Position numbers and translations under genes: made by a program
DNA from: Carcharhinus longimanus
Lineage: Eukaryota
Length of the DNA: 64,000 nt
Reading direction: 5' to 3'
Assembly (NCBI GenBank): GCA_030264375.1
Contig: JASCQW010000043.1
Coordinates: forward strand, 83,800,036 to 83,864,035
Notes under the pieces: model-generated
The model's input: the letters and a program-made list of their open reading frames with translations, nothing else
What the model was told of the DNA's origin: nothing
Database searches by the model: none
Shown: positions 63,248-64,000 of the stretch, piece after piece
How positions within the stretch are numbered: position 1 is the stretch's first letter
How the letters are laid out: every line of letters begins with the position of its first letter

Positions 63248-64000
63248 GTAAGTGATTTGTCAATAATATGACCATTTATTCATCCTTTTGAGTGAAGGAC
63301 AATATAAATCAACTTTGGTTGCTACTGGCACTTTCCAATTCAGTCAAATGCCCACAGGTGCAGTAAAGTTAATTTGACTACAGCAATGTACTTGTTGTGA
63401 AGTTGTTTCACAACCTAATTCCCAAATGGGCATTGCAGATGTAGCAAGATTTTCTCCATGTTGCTGTAGTAATCTGAGGAATGGAGGCTGCCAGCATTTT
63501 TGCAGCTACTTTCACTCCAACTTTAAAAGTCAAAGAACTAAGAACAATTGGGACTCTGGGAACTCTGGATAAGTTTAGGAAAGTGGTTCCTGGGGCTAAA
63601 AGTTTTTTTCCCTTTTTATACCTGCTGTCTGTAATTTTACAGCAAAGGAGCCATTGAACTGCTGATTTTTGTAATTTGGGAATCCAGCTAAGTCTCTATT
63701 TAAACTTGCTATATGGTACTAAGTTGTCTGTCTATCTGGCAAGTGTGCAGCCTTTAGGACCCAAAGAGATTGATCAAATCTTAGTAATACACCTCGTCAA
63801 CTTCGGCTGAGTCAGAATCGGCTGCTCTGTATGACTGAATCAGGACAGAGAAAATCACGAAGCTTCCAACCTGATACCTGCTCCAATATGAGGGAATGAA
63901 GGTTTATGTACCTAAAATGCAGAACTGAGCAAATTGATCATGGAAATGCAATACAAATGTGTAGTTGTCTACAGTTGCTTTTTTGTCCATATTTACTTTG

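Overview
Eukaryotic, AT-rich vertebrate genomic DNA. The host is most likely a shark or ray, inferred from elasmobranch-type V-SINE/HE1-like SINEs and CR1 LINEs. The whole window lies inside one plus-strand, multi-exon LDL-receptor-family gene. I traced 52 exons by hand, each with an AG acceptor and a GT or GC donor. They splice into one open frame of about 8.4 kb (about 2,800 aa) with no stop codon, after correcting two assembly gaps. The gene is a tandem array of at least five copies (A partial, B, C, D, E partial) of the VLDLR ectodomain cassette: LA2, LA3, LA4-6, LA7, LA8, EGF-A, EGF-B, five YWTD-propeller exons and EGF-C, equivalent to VLDLR exons 3-15. No signal-peptide, LA1, O-glycan, transmembrane or NPxY exon lies between the copies. 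The predicted product is a megalin/LRP1-scale receptor built by internal multiplication of VLDLR, with at least 30 LA modules, 4 beta-propellers and 12 EGF domains in this window. The LA2 exon of unit C is dead, and units B and C have lost propeller residues that LDLR uses for acid-dependent ligand release. The introns hold SINEs, LINE fragments, a decayed Gypsy element and several assembly gaps. The start and end of the gene lie outside the window.
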